From the NCBI RefSeq assembly GCF_009914755.1, contig NC_060928.1: DNA of 64,000 bases, one strand, 5' to 3'. This document shows positions 34,726 to 57,609 of the stretch, piece by piece (position 1 is the stretch's first letter; each line of letters opens with the position of its first letter). Source of the DNA: the human T2T-CHM13v2.0 reference genome, Homo sapiens. A program made the position numbers and the translations under genes. The notes beneath the pieces are model-generated. The model was not told the origin of the DNA, searched no databases, and was given only the letters and a program-made list of their open reading frames with translations.

Positions 34726-37105
34726 GTAATTTTCCACTTTGATCCAATTCTACTTTGTCATGTTTTAATTATAATAGAATAACAGCCCTATAGTTTCACA
34801 AATCTAGAACTATATTAGCAGATGTAAGTAAAATTTAAGTTAAGACAGCCATTTGAAAATCCAGAAGCTGTTTCTATTTATATGGTAATAGTACTTTGCT
34901 TTTTATTGTGTTTTTATTTTTCAGAGGTATTCCTTTTAAAAAATCTCAGCATCTCACCCATGTTATTTATAGATTATCAGTGAACTAACAAGGAAAAATT
35001 TAAATTTATAACTTGCAAATATGAAAATGTAAAATCTTATGCCTAATTTTAATATACTATGATAATTGCTTGACTAAATGTATGGGGTTTTTAAACTGTT
35101 TTGTCTAGAAAATATAGAATTTTAGAATTGGAAAAGAGAAGAAAGGTAAACTTACCTATATCTCAATTAAATGACTCCAGCTAAAAAGCAAAATAAACTT
35201 TTTCTGTGGTAATTTATAACATCTAGAAAAGCAAGTTAAACTTTTTTCTACTTGCTTATAGTATTTATAAATTCCTGTTAAACTAGATCATACAGATTTA
35301 CCTTTATCCAATGAAAAAATTTAAATGTATTGTTCAAGAAAAGAATCAAAAGAGAGAAATGAACTCTGTATACTTACAATTAAATAATGTAGCAATTGGA
35401 AGAAAACTCTAGAGTATATTATCCCTAAACAGGTTCTGGGGTTGTTTTTCTTTCCTCCCCTCTTTTCTTCTCTCTCTTTTCTTCTTTCCCTCCTTTCTTT
35501 CTTATTATAAAAGAAATGCATACTTTTTTTTTTTTAATCCAAGCAATACTAAAAAATGACCATCCTCACTAACCTAGGACTAACTGTCTTCCTTCTCTCT
35601 CCACTAAGCAACTGGCCCTAGTCCACTGACATGGCTGCTTTGAAAGAGAAATGACTGAACATAGAGAAATTTTGTCTTATTTTGATAATGTCCATGTACC
35701 TCAGAGTAGATTCTAAATATCTGACCTCTTTTTAAAAAAAGAATCACTTATCATTTGAGGATTTTCAGGTCTCCAATATTTGTTCACAATGTTTTATTTG
35801 TGTGGGAAGATTAATATGCTCTTGGTTTTATTAAGTGTACCTATACTAGAACTGTATTAAAATTAAAGGGAATTAAGTTACTAATATATAGCCTTAGTTT
35901 GTAAATTCTAAGTAAAAATAAGCCATTTAATTATCTTTCCCAGTGAAACTTTAATTAGATATTTTTATAAAAAGAGAATTGCCTTTTAGTTTTTTTACTT
36001 TCTCCAGTTTATTTACTTTTATAAACTTTAGATTGTTAAAATATATGTATTTTTTAAGTGACAGTTTTGTTTTTTATAATATATAGTAAAGTACTATATA
36101 TAGAAAACTGTAACTCATTTTAATAACTAAACAAAATAAATTAGAAAAGCCACAAATGTACATGATAGAAATTTTAAAGAGAACCAAAAGAAAAGAGCCT
36201 TTTACTTGCCATTGTCCCACCACTTACTCAGTGTCTCCAGACATTACCAAATGTCCTCGGGGATGGGGGGATATGGGGAGAAATCACTCCTGCTGAGAGC
36301 CATTGTTATAATTGCCTTTCTTTTCCTGTACTTTTTTTGGGGGAGGAGAAGGTGAGAAGTTTGGAAATTCAACATTAATAAAAACTTTCAATTAATACCC
36401 TGGTTTTCATTATAGTACTACTGCTTTCATCTGTGTTTGGTGGTCCCTAGTCTAAAGATGTCCTGTTTTGCCCAGCCACATAATAAACCTCAAGTCTTCA
36501 TCCAGGAAAGGAGGAACGGTTGCCTGATGCCTAAGATTGAGACAGGGATCTGATGATCTATTTCTTAAATAGTCTTTTAACCAGGCCTGCAGTTTTTAAC
36601 CTCATTTTTATCTGTACTTCCAGAGGTATCTAATGATACCAGTTCCTAACCTTTCTGGTAGTTAATGCATTCATTGTAAGTCAGGTACTATCTTAACTTT
36701 CTCAGTGGTCATCCTAGCTTTCAGCTTTCTCAGGTGTGCTGATTTAGTTATCACTGTTACTTGCTTTCTCAAAATTCCCCAATTATATTGCTCTCTTCTC
36801 TTACTGTTCTTGTTTTTGTAGGTTTCTTCCTCTCTCCCTCCCATCCTTCCTTTCTTTCTTCCTTCTCCCCTCCCTTCCTGTCTTTTATGATTTTTTTTTT
36901 TTTTGCATGGGATTTCAGGAGGGAGCAGAGGTAAATGAATGTGTTGAATTTTCCATCTTGAACCCAAAATTCAAGAATAGTTCTTTAGAGTTAGATTTTA
37001 AAACTAGGAGGTTGTAAATCATTTTTTTAAATGTCTCCCTGTAAATATTTCCTTGATGAAATTAATACCATTTAATGTTATGACTCAACTATTTTTGTCT
37101 CTTAG

Positions 37106-37204
37106 GAACTGGCAACTTTAAAGTCTCAGTTAAACTCACAATCTGTGGAGATCACCAAACTACAGACAGAAAAGCAGGAACTGTTACAGAAAACGGAAGC
37201 GTTT
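37106..37204 (+). CDS. USO1: USO1 coding exon
   Basis: cttag|GAA..TTT|gtaagt; ELATLKSQLNSQSVEITKLQTEKQELLQKTEAF. Confidence 0.96.
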
Positions 37205-37339
37205 GTAAGTATTTTCTCTTTTTTCTCTGGAAGGTAATAAAGACAAGGTTGATGTATCATTTCTTAGCCACAATTAAAAAGAAACAAATTCATCAGATAG
37301 CACCTTCTCTATTCTAGTAACATAGGCTTCATGTTCATG

Positions 37340-38080
37340 GTGACAGTCGTTCTATAGTCAGTCTAACCAGATTAGTTTATTCAGTTACTTAATAGTTTAT
37401 TTTGCTGGTATTACATTCTATTTCTGTCCCTTCAGTCCAAGATTGGCAGTTTTTCTGCTGTCATAAAATATTCAGAAACCGTTGTTGTTTTCTCCAGAAC
37501 ATTCCTTCTCATACTTTTGCAATATAGGTAGACTGAGAATTTTCCAAATCTTCTAATTCTGATTCTTTTTTGCTTAGCAATTTCTTCTTCAATTTATCTC
37601 TCTTCTCTCACATTTAACTTTAAGCAACAAGGAGAAACCAGGCTGCACTCCAACACTTTGCTTAAAAACCTCAGTAAAATATCCAAATTCATTATTTACA
37701 AGTTCTGCTGTCCACAAAACACTGCAACACTATTTGGCCAAGTTATTTGCCACTTTATAACAAGGATTGCCTTTCCTCCGATTCCCAGTAACATGTTCCT
37801 AGTTTTCATCTGAGACCTCACCAAAAGCACCTTTAACATTCATATTTCTGCCAGCATTCTTCTTCTCACTATGACCATGAAGCTTCTCTCCAACTCCGCT
37901 CTTTTCTTTCTGAGCTCTCACCAGAATCACTTAATGTCCATATCTCTAGCAACAGTCTCATCAAGGTAATGCAGGCTTTGTCTACCATGCACCTCTCTTA
38001 CAGCCTCTACTCATTACACAGTTCCAAAGCTACTTCCACATTTTTAGATATTTGTTGTGTCACTACCCGACTTCCTAGTA
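37340..38080 (-). mobile_element. MaLR internal (MLT/MST-int) fragment
   Basis: CATCTGAGACCTCA, CAGTTCCAAAGCTACTTCCACATTTTTAG motifs. Confidence 0.7.
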
Positions 38081-38564
38081 TTTTAGAAAAAAGACAAGGA
38101 AAGACTGAAAAACTGTTATTCAGGAGTGTCTCCTCTAGCACTTGAGAAAAGATTTGCATTTCACTAATAATGATATTTGGCTCAATTTATCTACCTATCT
38201 AGGGTGGTAGTATGGACTTATAGGAAATTTATGAAGGAAAGGCTTTGAAAAATATTCTGTGTTTATTAAATGCTGGGTTACAGTTACATTAGAGCTGCCT
38301 TGCTGATTACTTTTCTGGGCTTACCTACCTTGAGGCACCTTAGCCCAGCCTTCCTCGTACTCTTATGAGATTTGATGCTCTTCCATGTGGGAACAGCTCA
38401 TCTGACAGTGGAGAGCACTTTGTTGCACATAAATACATAAGGAATTATATTTTCTGTTAGTGAAAGTAAAATATCAAAATGGCAAAAAAATTAAATAACC
38501 CTTTGGGAGTTCATATTGATTGTAATGTTTAAGAGACATCTTTTTTTCCAATTTCTAATTTCAG

Positions 38565-38672
38565 GCAAAATCAGTTGAGGTACAAGGAGAGACCGAGACT
38601 ATAATAGCCACCAAAACTACTGATGTAGAAGGAAGACTGTCAGCATTATTACAAGAGACCAAAGAGTTAAAG
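38565..38672 (+). CDS. USO1: USO1 coding exon
   Basis: ttcag|GCA..AAG|gtttg; AKSVEVQGETETIIATKTTDVEGRLSALLQETKELK. Confidence 0.96.
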
Positions 38673-38819
38673 GTTTGTTTTTGGTGCAACTTTTATTTAC
38701 TGCATATGATATGAAATGAACTCTAGGAAATTTTATATATCTTTCAAATTCTTAGATTTATGAAGAAAGCTAATGATGTGTAATTTTATCTCACAACATT
38801 TTCACTCCTATATTGATGA

Positions 38820-39590
<771 letters not shown>

Positions 39591-40292
39591 TGTGTTTTCT
39601 TTTTAAGATCAACATCTAATCACAATAACAAAACAAGGAGTACAAATTTAGCTAATACACAAGCCACATGTAGGCTTTCCATAAGCCGTGGAACATAGGC
39701 ACATTAAATGCTGTCAGCATATTATTGTGTGACAGAGACATCAGAATAAATAGCATGAAGAAAGGAATGAGGTCACATTAAGGAAAATAAGGAAAATAAT
39801 GTATAATTGTGCTTTTTGGATTGTGGCCAAATTATTTTATTTTTAAACCATAGATTTTTATTTGAAGCTATTTTCATTTAATTGTATGCTTGAAGTTGGG
39901 ATAAAAAATTTTTTTTTAACTTGAGCTTTGAGTTCTAAAATTCTGGTACTAATCAGACTTGTTCTGTAAAATGCTTTGTGTTTCTGTTTACTCCTTTGAT
40001 TATCTGAAATGGTACTGTTTTTTTTAAGTCTCTTAAAGGTTTTTTCAGGGATAGCTAACTAAAACTATTTTTTGGATGTTAAACTATTTTTTGGCAATAA
40101 CCATTTTTGATGAACAGTCTAATAAATTCATGTTAGTGTGTGTGTTAAACCTCCTGTACCCTTAACCTCCACCCCTAAATTCCTTAGGTTGAACAAGTAC
40201 AGTGATTTGTCATAGAAAGAAACTATTTGTTAAAAACTCTAGGAAAGTGAGTGCTAATTTTAGATTCCTGCCTTTCACCTTTCTTTTCCTAG

Positions 40293-40508
40293 AATGAAAT
40301 TAAAGCTCTGTCTGAGGAAAGAACTGCCATTAAAGAGCAGCTGGATTCATCTAATAGTACCATTGCCATTTTACAAACTGAGAAAGACAAACTAGAGTTG
40401 GAAATTACAGATTCTAAAAAAGAACAAGATGATCTCTTGGTGCTCTTGGCCGATCAAGATCAGAAAATACTGTCATTGAAGAATAAACTCAAGGATCTTG
40501 GTCATCCA
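40293..40508 (+). CDS. USO1: USO1 coding exon (C-terminal coiled coil)
   Basis: cctag|AAT..CCA|gtaaga; NEIKALSEERTAIKEQLDSSNSTIAILQTEKDKLELEITDSKKEQDDLLVLLADQDQKILSLKNKLKDLGHP. Confidence 0.97.
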
Positions 40509-40930
40509 GTAAGATTAAAATGTCTCCAAAAATGATTTGTATTATGTTTTAGTATAATGCATTTAAAAGATTTTTAATGTAACATGGAAAAGTTGTGCCT
40601 GTATTATAGGAATGGATATGTGGGTTCATGAATATGGTACCATCTATACTGTTTTCACTGTTTTCATTGAATTTACTTAATACACAGATTAGGTTCAGTT
40701 TTCAGTACTTATAGACTATTTTCTTTTGGACCGTAAGCCTAGAAAGTGAATTGATTTGATTGGTAACAAGACTGTAGTCACCCAAGCATGTCATTATCTT
40801 TTGCCATGTTTGTTTCAGATTTGTGTGTAAAGAGGTGTAGCCATTTATCAGCAAAGTTAACTGATATATCTCATTCATATTAGAAATGACAGAGAGCCTT
40901 GGCATCAAATCAAAGAAATCAGATGGCTTA

Positions 40931-41277
<347 letters not shown>

Positions 41278-41338
41278 TTAAATGTTGAATGTGACATGAA
41301 CAGATTTTCACAATATTAAATACGTCTTTTTCCTCTAG

Positions 41339-41428
41339 GTTGAAGAAGAGGATGAACTTGAATCTGGAGACCAAGAGGATGAGGATGATGAAAGTGAAGA
41401 TCCTGGCAAGGATCTAGATCATATCTAG
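41339..41428 (+). CDS. USO1: USO1 last coding exon, acidic tail
   Basis: tctag|GTT..TAG; VEEEDELESGDQEDEDDESEDPGKDLDHI*; the Ser falls at 942, the known CK2-type site. Confidence 0.97.
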   Translation, partial: VEEEDELESGDQEDEDDESEDPGKDLDHI

Positions 41429-42420
41429 TTTTCAAATCTCTAGGAACAATAGAGATTATATCATAACTCTGAAGATGGACTCTAAACTTTGGTTTACCTC
41501 CATGGAAAATAAAGATTTAGAAACCAGGTGGAAAACATTCACTATTAAGACTATTGATATATTTTTGTAATGTTGCCACCCATGTTGAAAACCTTAAAAC
41601 TGAATTTATGTAGAACACACATCTTTTATTTAAATCCATCTGAACTGTCCCAAAATGTAATTTGCAAAGAGCTTCAAACACCAAAAATATACCATTTTAA
41701 GGCATGTGGTGACAATGCTATTTGCCTTAGTTCATTCGTTGTTTACTTTGCAAAATTTGTGACTTTTAAGTACTAACACATTTGATTGAATGTGTATTGA
41801 ATTGGAATTATTATTTCTAAATTCAGCATTTGAGTCCTTAGTTGATGATTTTCTTTTAAAGAAATTAGTTTATTTAAAAGCAAGATAGCCTGGGTTGGGA
41901 GTTAGTGCATATCATCAGCCCTCCATCTAATGTGATTGCTAAGATGTGCAGGATAGGACAGCTTAGAATGAGTGCCTTGACACCTACATATGGCTGCATT
42001 CCATACCTCAGTGAAGAAGCCGAAGGATGCTGACACACAGTGATGTGGAGGGCATTCCGGAGAAACTTTTGCAACAGTGTATTAATGTGATTGGTTTTCT
42101 TTTTGTTTTAAGCTAAACATCTAAAACAAATTTCAAGTTAACAGTTCATACAACTCAGATTTAGTATTATTGTTTATCATAAAACATATTATGTTCCTAG
42201 TTTTAAAAAGACCCAAAGTATGATTAATATAATTTATTGGCATTTTTGCTGAATAGGTTTAAGTCAGATAATAGATTTTAAAAAAGCAAATGAGGCAATG
42301 TGTCAAAATTTAATGTTTCATAATAAAAATAGATACGTTGACTTAATCCTTGGTCATGGTTCCCTTTGTTTACATCTTAAAAGTATTTTATTCTTAATAA
42401 AAGATGAGGCAAGTGAAAAT
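41429..42420 (+). other. USO1: USO1 3'UTR (end approximate)
   Basis: Repeat-free AT-rich sequence after the stop, ending near AATAAA hexamers. Confidence 0.75.
42322..42401 (+). terminator. USO1: Distal polyadenylation signals
   Basis: AATAAA at 42322-42327 and 42396-42401; a proximal AATAAA also at 41508-41513. Confidence 0.7.
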
Positions 42421-43269
42421 GATGAGGCGACTTTTCTTATTAGGGGTACACAACTATAACTGAATGTTAAAAACAATCTTCTTTAAAACCAATGATTATG
42501 ATTCCCTAAGATTGGAGGGGGTTAGAAGTACAGAAGTAGAAGAGGTTGGAAAAGGGTTTGGACGTTTTTAAATTCAGCACTGGAGTTCTTGGCAATGATT
42601 TCCTGTTGAAGAAGTGGGTTTACTTAAAGACAAGATAGCCTGGGCTAGAAAATAACGTATTTATCTGCCTTCTGGGGTCAGGAATAGGACACAACTTTTG
42701 AAAGAGAAGGAAGGTCACTGTCTTGATGAAGGAGACAGCTGTGTGTTACAGAGCACTCGTGAATGCTGCACTGTGCCCATGTTCCACCACTACTGCCATC
42801 CTAAGGTGGCACTTGCCATCAGAGAAAGAACTATATTACTGTCACCAGACCAGCTCAGATAGGTGAGGTCTTCCTAAAGTTGACAACCACATAATGAACC
42901 ATGAGTTAATGACTACCTTTCAGGCTAACGTACGGTTAAAGAAAAATGGATCAGGAGTGAGAATTTGTAAATACAGAACACCAAAGATCTTCATTAAGAA
43001 ACATCAGCAGAATCAGTGCTGCTGTGCTGAACTCAGTCACTCAGGATGGCTTGTAGTAGAGAAGACAGGAGGCCTCATAGCTGCACAGTTCAGCCCAGAG
43101 CCAAAGGGACATCTTCCCAACCCCAGCTGTAATTTTTTGCTGGTGAGCATCCTAAACTGGTCTCTGTCTCCAGTCCGGTTGTTACCTCTCCGACCCCACA
43201 CTCCCACCATTCTCCATCTTCACCACAGTGAGCTATGGCAGGTGCCTACAGTTTGGAGTCCTTAGTACA

Positions 43270-43590
43270 GTAGATAAGATTCTTACCCCTAAGGTGTTGG
43301 TATTGGGAATTGGAGCCCTTGGAAGACAATACAGTCTTGGGGACAGCGGTCTCAATAATGGGATTAGTGCCCTTATGAAAGAGGCCCTGAAGAGACACCT
43401 TGCCCTTCCGCCATGTGCGAGTAGAGTGAGAAGATGTGTCTATGAGGAAGTGGGCCTTGACCAGACAGCACAACTGCCAATGCCTTGATCTTGGACTTCC
43501 CAACCTCCAGAATTGGGATAAGTAAATTTCTGTTGTTTATAAACCACCTGATCTATGGTATTTTGTTACAGCATTCCAAACAGACATGAC
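43270..43590 (+). mobile_element. MLT1A/MST-like MaLR LTR
   Basis: GGGATTAGTGCCCTTAT, CCTTGATCTTGGACTTCC, TGGTATTTTGTTACAGCA. Confidence 0.8.
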
Positions 43591-44094
43591 AGATGACATA
43601 AATTCTGCTTTCTCCTTTCTCACTTTGCTTTTGCACATGCCCTTTCCTCTGGGTCAGCCCAGGGCTACAGTAGTGGAGCAATAATCATAAAGCATGAAAC
43701 CATATTTGTCCTTATGATTTGAAACTTATTCAAGTGTAGTTTATACCTCTAGCACCTCCAAAAGAAAAGAGTACCCAAAGTTACTAAAAGAGGTAAAGTG
43801 ACAGCTCACATTTTAATGGGTTGAGTTACTGGTCTGAAATTATGCTGATAGAAAAAGCAAACCCTTATGTTTCATAGTTTTGTTACAACCAGTTAAGGGT
43901 CTCATGATGCTCATCAGAACTAGTAATCTTCACTGGTATAGCAAAACGTATTAAATCATTCAACTATAGGCATTGGGAATATAACGGTGAAAAAGACAAA
44001 GTCCCTTTCCTCATATAACTTACATTCTAGAGTGTAAACAAGCAAGAATAAATCTAATAAAAATTCTACACCTTTACCTTGTTTCCCCCCACCT

Positions 44095-47355
<3,261 letters not shown>

Positions 47356-49809
47356 TCATGTTCTCAATGTAGTCCAACATTTTAGTAGCTTTTTAGGAGA
47401 CACTGTAGCATTGCAGACTTGTTGCCTGCTTATTTTCCACAAGTGCTGTTGTTAAGCAGTTTTGTATTTGAGCAGCTGTTCTTTTTGACTCCCAAGGACG
47501 CTCCAGTTTAAATTTCAACTTGTAAAGTTCCCTACATTGCTGCAGCCTTTCAGGCTCTTTTTTATATTCTGATTTTTATCATAAACACTTCATATTCTCC
47601 ATCTCTAAAGAAAAAAACTGGTGGAGGAATTGTTTTACCCTGCGGACCTCACCATGTTATTGCCACAATTCAATATGCTCATGCAGTGGAAAACTCATAA
47701 AATTTCAGGTTTATTTTTTTATTTAAGATCAGTTATAACACATTATATAATTGAGATTGCTTATGGTTTAGAAGTGCTATTAGATATCTAATAAAGATAC
47801 AGAATAAACATATAATAAAGATAATAGGATTCTGAACCTCATTTAGTATATCTAAATAACTTTAAAATTTTCTAATCTTATATAATTGGTATTTTTCTTG
47901 TTAATAAATACAAAGCATCTAGTGTTGAAAAAGTACACAAAGTACTTTTGCAAAGTACATTGCAAAAGTAAGACATTAATTTGTCTTAAATCATAATCTC
48001 TCAAAACTTTCATACTAAGGCAAGTAAATGAATACATTATGACAAAAATTATGTAGATATTGAATTCAAAGCAGTATCTTCCTTGTTCAAGTTGCGGTAT
48101 GAGCATATCTTTATTCTGTTTGGTCATTTTTGAAGGGTGTTAACAATATGCTGCCATTTCAGTGACAAATTTCTCATATCAAAGCACTCTTTCTCCCAAT
48201 TTAATAATCTTGAGTCATAGTAACAATCAGTATTCAAAGGAAAAAAGTTTTGAGTTAAAAGATTTTAATATTTAAGGTAACTTGGGTTATAAGTAACAGA
48301 GAACCTAATTCAGAATAAGTGAGACTAGAATATTTGGAAATGAGCATAGAAAAGATATCTCCCGTGAGATATCTTGCTGTCATAGAGAGTTGAGAAATGA
48401 GCCAATAATTGGAGTAGGATGTGGGGTCAACAGGGAGACATATTTTAAAATAGGAAATACTAAAGGAAATACACTGATGGAAATGTTTGGCTAGAAAAGA
48501 GGAGGTGTTTACAGTGCTAGAGTCGTCCTTGGGGATAAGGTCTAAAGCACAGTGGCAAGGGAAACCTTGGATTGGTTTATAAACAATATATCTGTAGTAA
48601 CAGGAGAGAAGGTGGAGAATATGGATTAAAAAGGAAATTGATGGGTCTGTGGTGGTGGGAATGTGTCAAAATTTTATCTCATTGCTTCCATTTTCTAATT
48701 TAAACAGGAAGCAAGATACCCATTGAAAGTAAGAACTGGGGAAGAAATTTGATGAAAGTGGAGATATTATAAAGATAGATGTCTTAGAGTGGAGTGTGGG
48801 AAACTGAATGGGCCAGGAAAATGTAGTTCCAAGCATCAACTTCAGACACAAAAATGTCCAGAGGAGTGAGACTTTATTGTCTGTGTCTCTTTTTGAGGGC
48901 CTGGAAATCTTTTCTTGAAGCTTCCAGCCGACTGCCTATCAGTAAGGGTTAACATCTCTGAACATGTTTAGGTCTACCTGGGAAGGTGACCTTGGGTCTG
49001 CCTTCTCACAGCACTGTTCCCTTGGCAACTACCAAGTTAAGCTAGTTGAGGAATGCTTTGTGCTAGGAACTGACTACCTGCCTTGTTTGCTGTGAAATCC
49101 CCTATCTGTGGATCTCCACGTGAACTGGGAGAGCTATGAGTTGGCACCCAGACAGACAACTGATGAGAGACCTACCAAGTGAAGCCGGGCACTTCAATCT
49201 TCCTCAGGAGCTATACACACCCTAGAAAGGTGATGGAGGCCAAGAAAATGTATACATAGTAGTCTCTGAGCCTCCAGACGACATGAAGATACTATGCACT
49301 CCGTATTCCTGTATTGTATCACTCTATAAAGTTAACAAATGAAGTATTAGAATGAAGTCTGTTATATCATATGAGTTTTACTGGCAACCAAAACCTGTGA
49401 CTGGTGCTGATAGGGACAGAATTGTATTTGAAGCAGGATTGGCATTCAGATCCTCAATTTGCATCTTCCTGTTTTATGGTCATAATTGGCTCACAGACCC
49501 ATTTACTGGCAAACCTATTACTGTCAAAGGGAATGAAACCACCATGATTGCCTTGACTAATTGCAGTTAGTCACTCACGTTCCTGGTGTGTAGTAGGTGA
49601 GTGGGCAGCACCTCTTAAAGCACACTTCTCGGGGTGGGTGATAGATACATAAACAAAACAAGGGTTATGTTAGGAAGAAGGAAACCTAAACCCTTGCTCC
49701 TACACTTTTAAATTTCTGAGCGAATTACAAAACCTCTAAGAATCTTAGTTTCTTCCTGGAGCTAATTATACCTACCTAATAGGGTTATTGTGAAGATTAA
49801 AATTATTGA

Positions 49810-52912
<3,103 letters not shown>

Positions 52913-53096
52913 ATATATATCTATATATAGATATATACAATATATATATCTATATATATAATATATAACATATATTATATATATAATATATAACATATCT
53001 ATATATAATATATATATCAATATATAATATATATCTATATATATTATATATATTTATATATACACACATATATATAATATATACATATACAATATA
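52913..53096. repeat. (TA)n-rich low-complexity repeat
   Basis: Imperfect TA repeat at an Alu tail. Confidence 0.95.
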
Positions 53097-53660
53097 TGTT
53101 TTTGTTTTCTAATTTGAAAAGTCTGTTTTTCCAAAGTCTAACTCCCTCTTTCTTTGTAAGTAAACTCTGTCTTTTGTTTTCTAAAATGTTTCTATCTTGG
53201 CTATAGTTGACTAGACTAGGGAAATTCATATCTGTATTCTTTTTCAGTCCGGTCTGGCTTCTTTAACCAGGAAGATGTGGGCTGAGAGCTGTGGAGTAGA
53301 TGTCTTCACCAGATGAGTACACAGAGAAGTAGAGAATGTGTATCTGCAGAGTAGGATGAAGCAGAGACAAGGTGGGATGGGAGAGAGACAGGGGCTGCAG
53401 GACAACCCTACCATCAATACACCCAACAGTCGCCATCCTACCCCACTTATTTATTCACTTAGTAACACTAATTACTCTCTAAAAATACTTGACTATTTAT
53501 TTGTGTATCTACACCCACAGGAATGGATGTAAGTGCTATGAGGGCAGGAAGATTGTTTTTCCTACCACTGAATTCCCAGGACCTCAATCAATGCTTGGTA
53601 TATAGTGGGCACTCCATAAACATTGGCCGAATAAATGAATTCTATTTACTTGTTCACAAT

Positions 53661-54147
53661 TGTAGGGGAGGAAAAAATTATGTTCCTTCTATCCATCTTA
53701 AATTCATTGGCTGAGGCCCCAGTAAATTAGACTGAATAAAGATAGACTAATAAAAGTATGCAAATTGATTTAATACAAAATTTACATGTTGTGGGAGCCT
53801 TCATAAGGAAATGGAGACCCAAATAAATGGTGAAACTCGAGCTCGATGAAGAGTGGAAAATCGTGGGTAAATGTGATAGGACAAAAAGGGGTATGAGCTA
53901 AGAGTGGTAAACTGGGGCAAGGCACATTCATTCGGGTTCCTCTCAGCAGTCTTCCGTCTTTGGAGATAAGGATGCTCCTTTTCTGCAGATATAGGGAGGA
54001 CACCTCTCACATGAGGGTCTTGTAAGCTGTTTCAAAGGAAGCTCAGAGAGTCCTTCCAGCACCTGCCATTTATCAAATCCCTCAGCTTAAAATATTCAGT
54101 ATGCCAGTGTGCCATATTTTGGGGTAATATATTCTGAACCCTCCATA
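53661..54147 (-). mobile_element. MER34-like ERV1 solo LTR
   Basis: TGTAGGGGAGGAAAAA..GCCATATTTTGGGGTAATATATTCTG. Confidence 0.65.
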
Positions 54148-54624
54148 ATCAAATTAAAATTTTGAGAGCTTCTGTCCTATTGTTTCAAAGATCTTGTTAC
54201 CTGCTTTGAGTTATTGAGAATTTAACAGAATTGGGGATATGAAGTCTGAGACTTTAAAAATGATGAGACTTTACTACATGGAATGAGTTTTAGTGGAGCA
54301 ACCCTTCAAGACAGCCAATAATGTGTGAAACCTCACCAACCATCATGCAGAATGATCTAGGATGATTTCTCCCAACCACTCCCATGGATTATAATGAGGA
54401 GCCCTCAACAAAAGGAGAGGGGGCTGTCATGGTTTGTTCCTGTCTTTGTTATGAAATCCAAAGGCACATGATTGCTTGGTTTTATGTGTGACTTTTATGG
54501 AACATTATTTATCCAGAAGAAGTTCCCTTCAAATTGCCTTTACCTTCCAAAATAGTCAAAGGAATGCCCTTTATAAGCAGGCAATTAACATGGGCATTTT
54601 GTGCAATTTATAGTAATAGACTAA

Positions 54625-55840
<1,216 letters not shown>

Positions 55841-55936
55841 AGTATATATATATATTTTAAAAATAGAAACATTTTCCTTAGTTCCTCTTTTATGTAAATT
55901 ACTTTGAGTTGTGCTCTCCATACTTTTTCTTTATTC

Positions 55937-56863
<927 letters not shown>

Positions 56864-57609
56864 AGGTCTCCTAACTTTCAGTAGTTTTGTATAATGCCTA
56901 CACTTCTGTGATGGTTTTGTATTTTTTTCTTGTTTTGGTTAAGAAAGGCAGTTACTTTTATTCAAATTGATTTGAAAGCAATATAAGAAGTGATTTGTGG
57001 AACCTTGGATGAAAATGGACCCATTGTCAGTCACTGTTTTTGAATGTTTTAGTACAGCCTGTTACATAATAATTGAGTCATCATTCCACCAATCTGATTC
57101 TTTATCATTCTTTGTGTTTTAAAAACGGGGCTTTGGTCTTCATTTTCTATCTTTCCTACTTTATATAATTGAAATTGCTCAGACTGATTAAATTAATATT
57201 ATCAAGTGAGAGAACTGTATGTCTACATGAGTAAAAAGTCTTAGTCATCGTCAAAAGAATGTTAGAATAGACAATGACCTTGGAAAATTGTTGTATTATA
57301 GATATCTGCACATCGAACTCTATTCCTCTTATTAAGGAAGTACAGATGGAGAAGTTTATCTATTCGGTGTTTATTACTGCATTAAAGTCTCACCAAGTAC
57401 CTATTGACTACATCTAAATTATAGTAATTTTTTAAAAAGGCATGAAATATAAATGTCTCCACTTGGGCACAAGCACATCCAATTGCCTTTAATGGAGATA
57501 AAATAACCATTAGGATCTTTTCCAAGCCCTTGAGCATTAGATGAAAATTTTTATAATTAGAGTGTGTAGCAATGGCTTTTAGTTTTGAAGTCTTTGCAGC
57601 CATATATTT

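Noticed and set aside
40058-40112. Short repeats AAACTATTTTTTGG as a CRISPR-like array
   Set aside because: Local slippage duplication in eukaryotic intron DNA; no spacers or cas genes
42894-43503. Overlapping 85-123 aa ORFs after USO1
   Set aside because: Partly within a MaLR LTR; no splice or homology support
54490-54530. FYGTLFI as a MACPF signature
   Set aside because: Lacks the His and downstream GG; this frame has about as many stops as chance predicts
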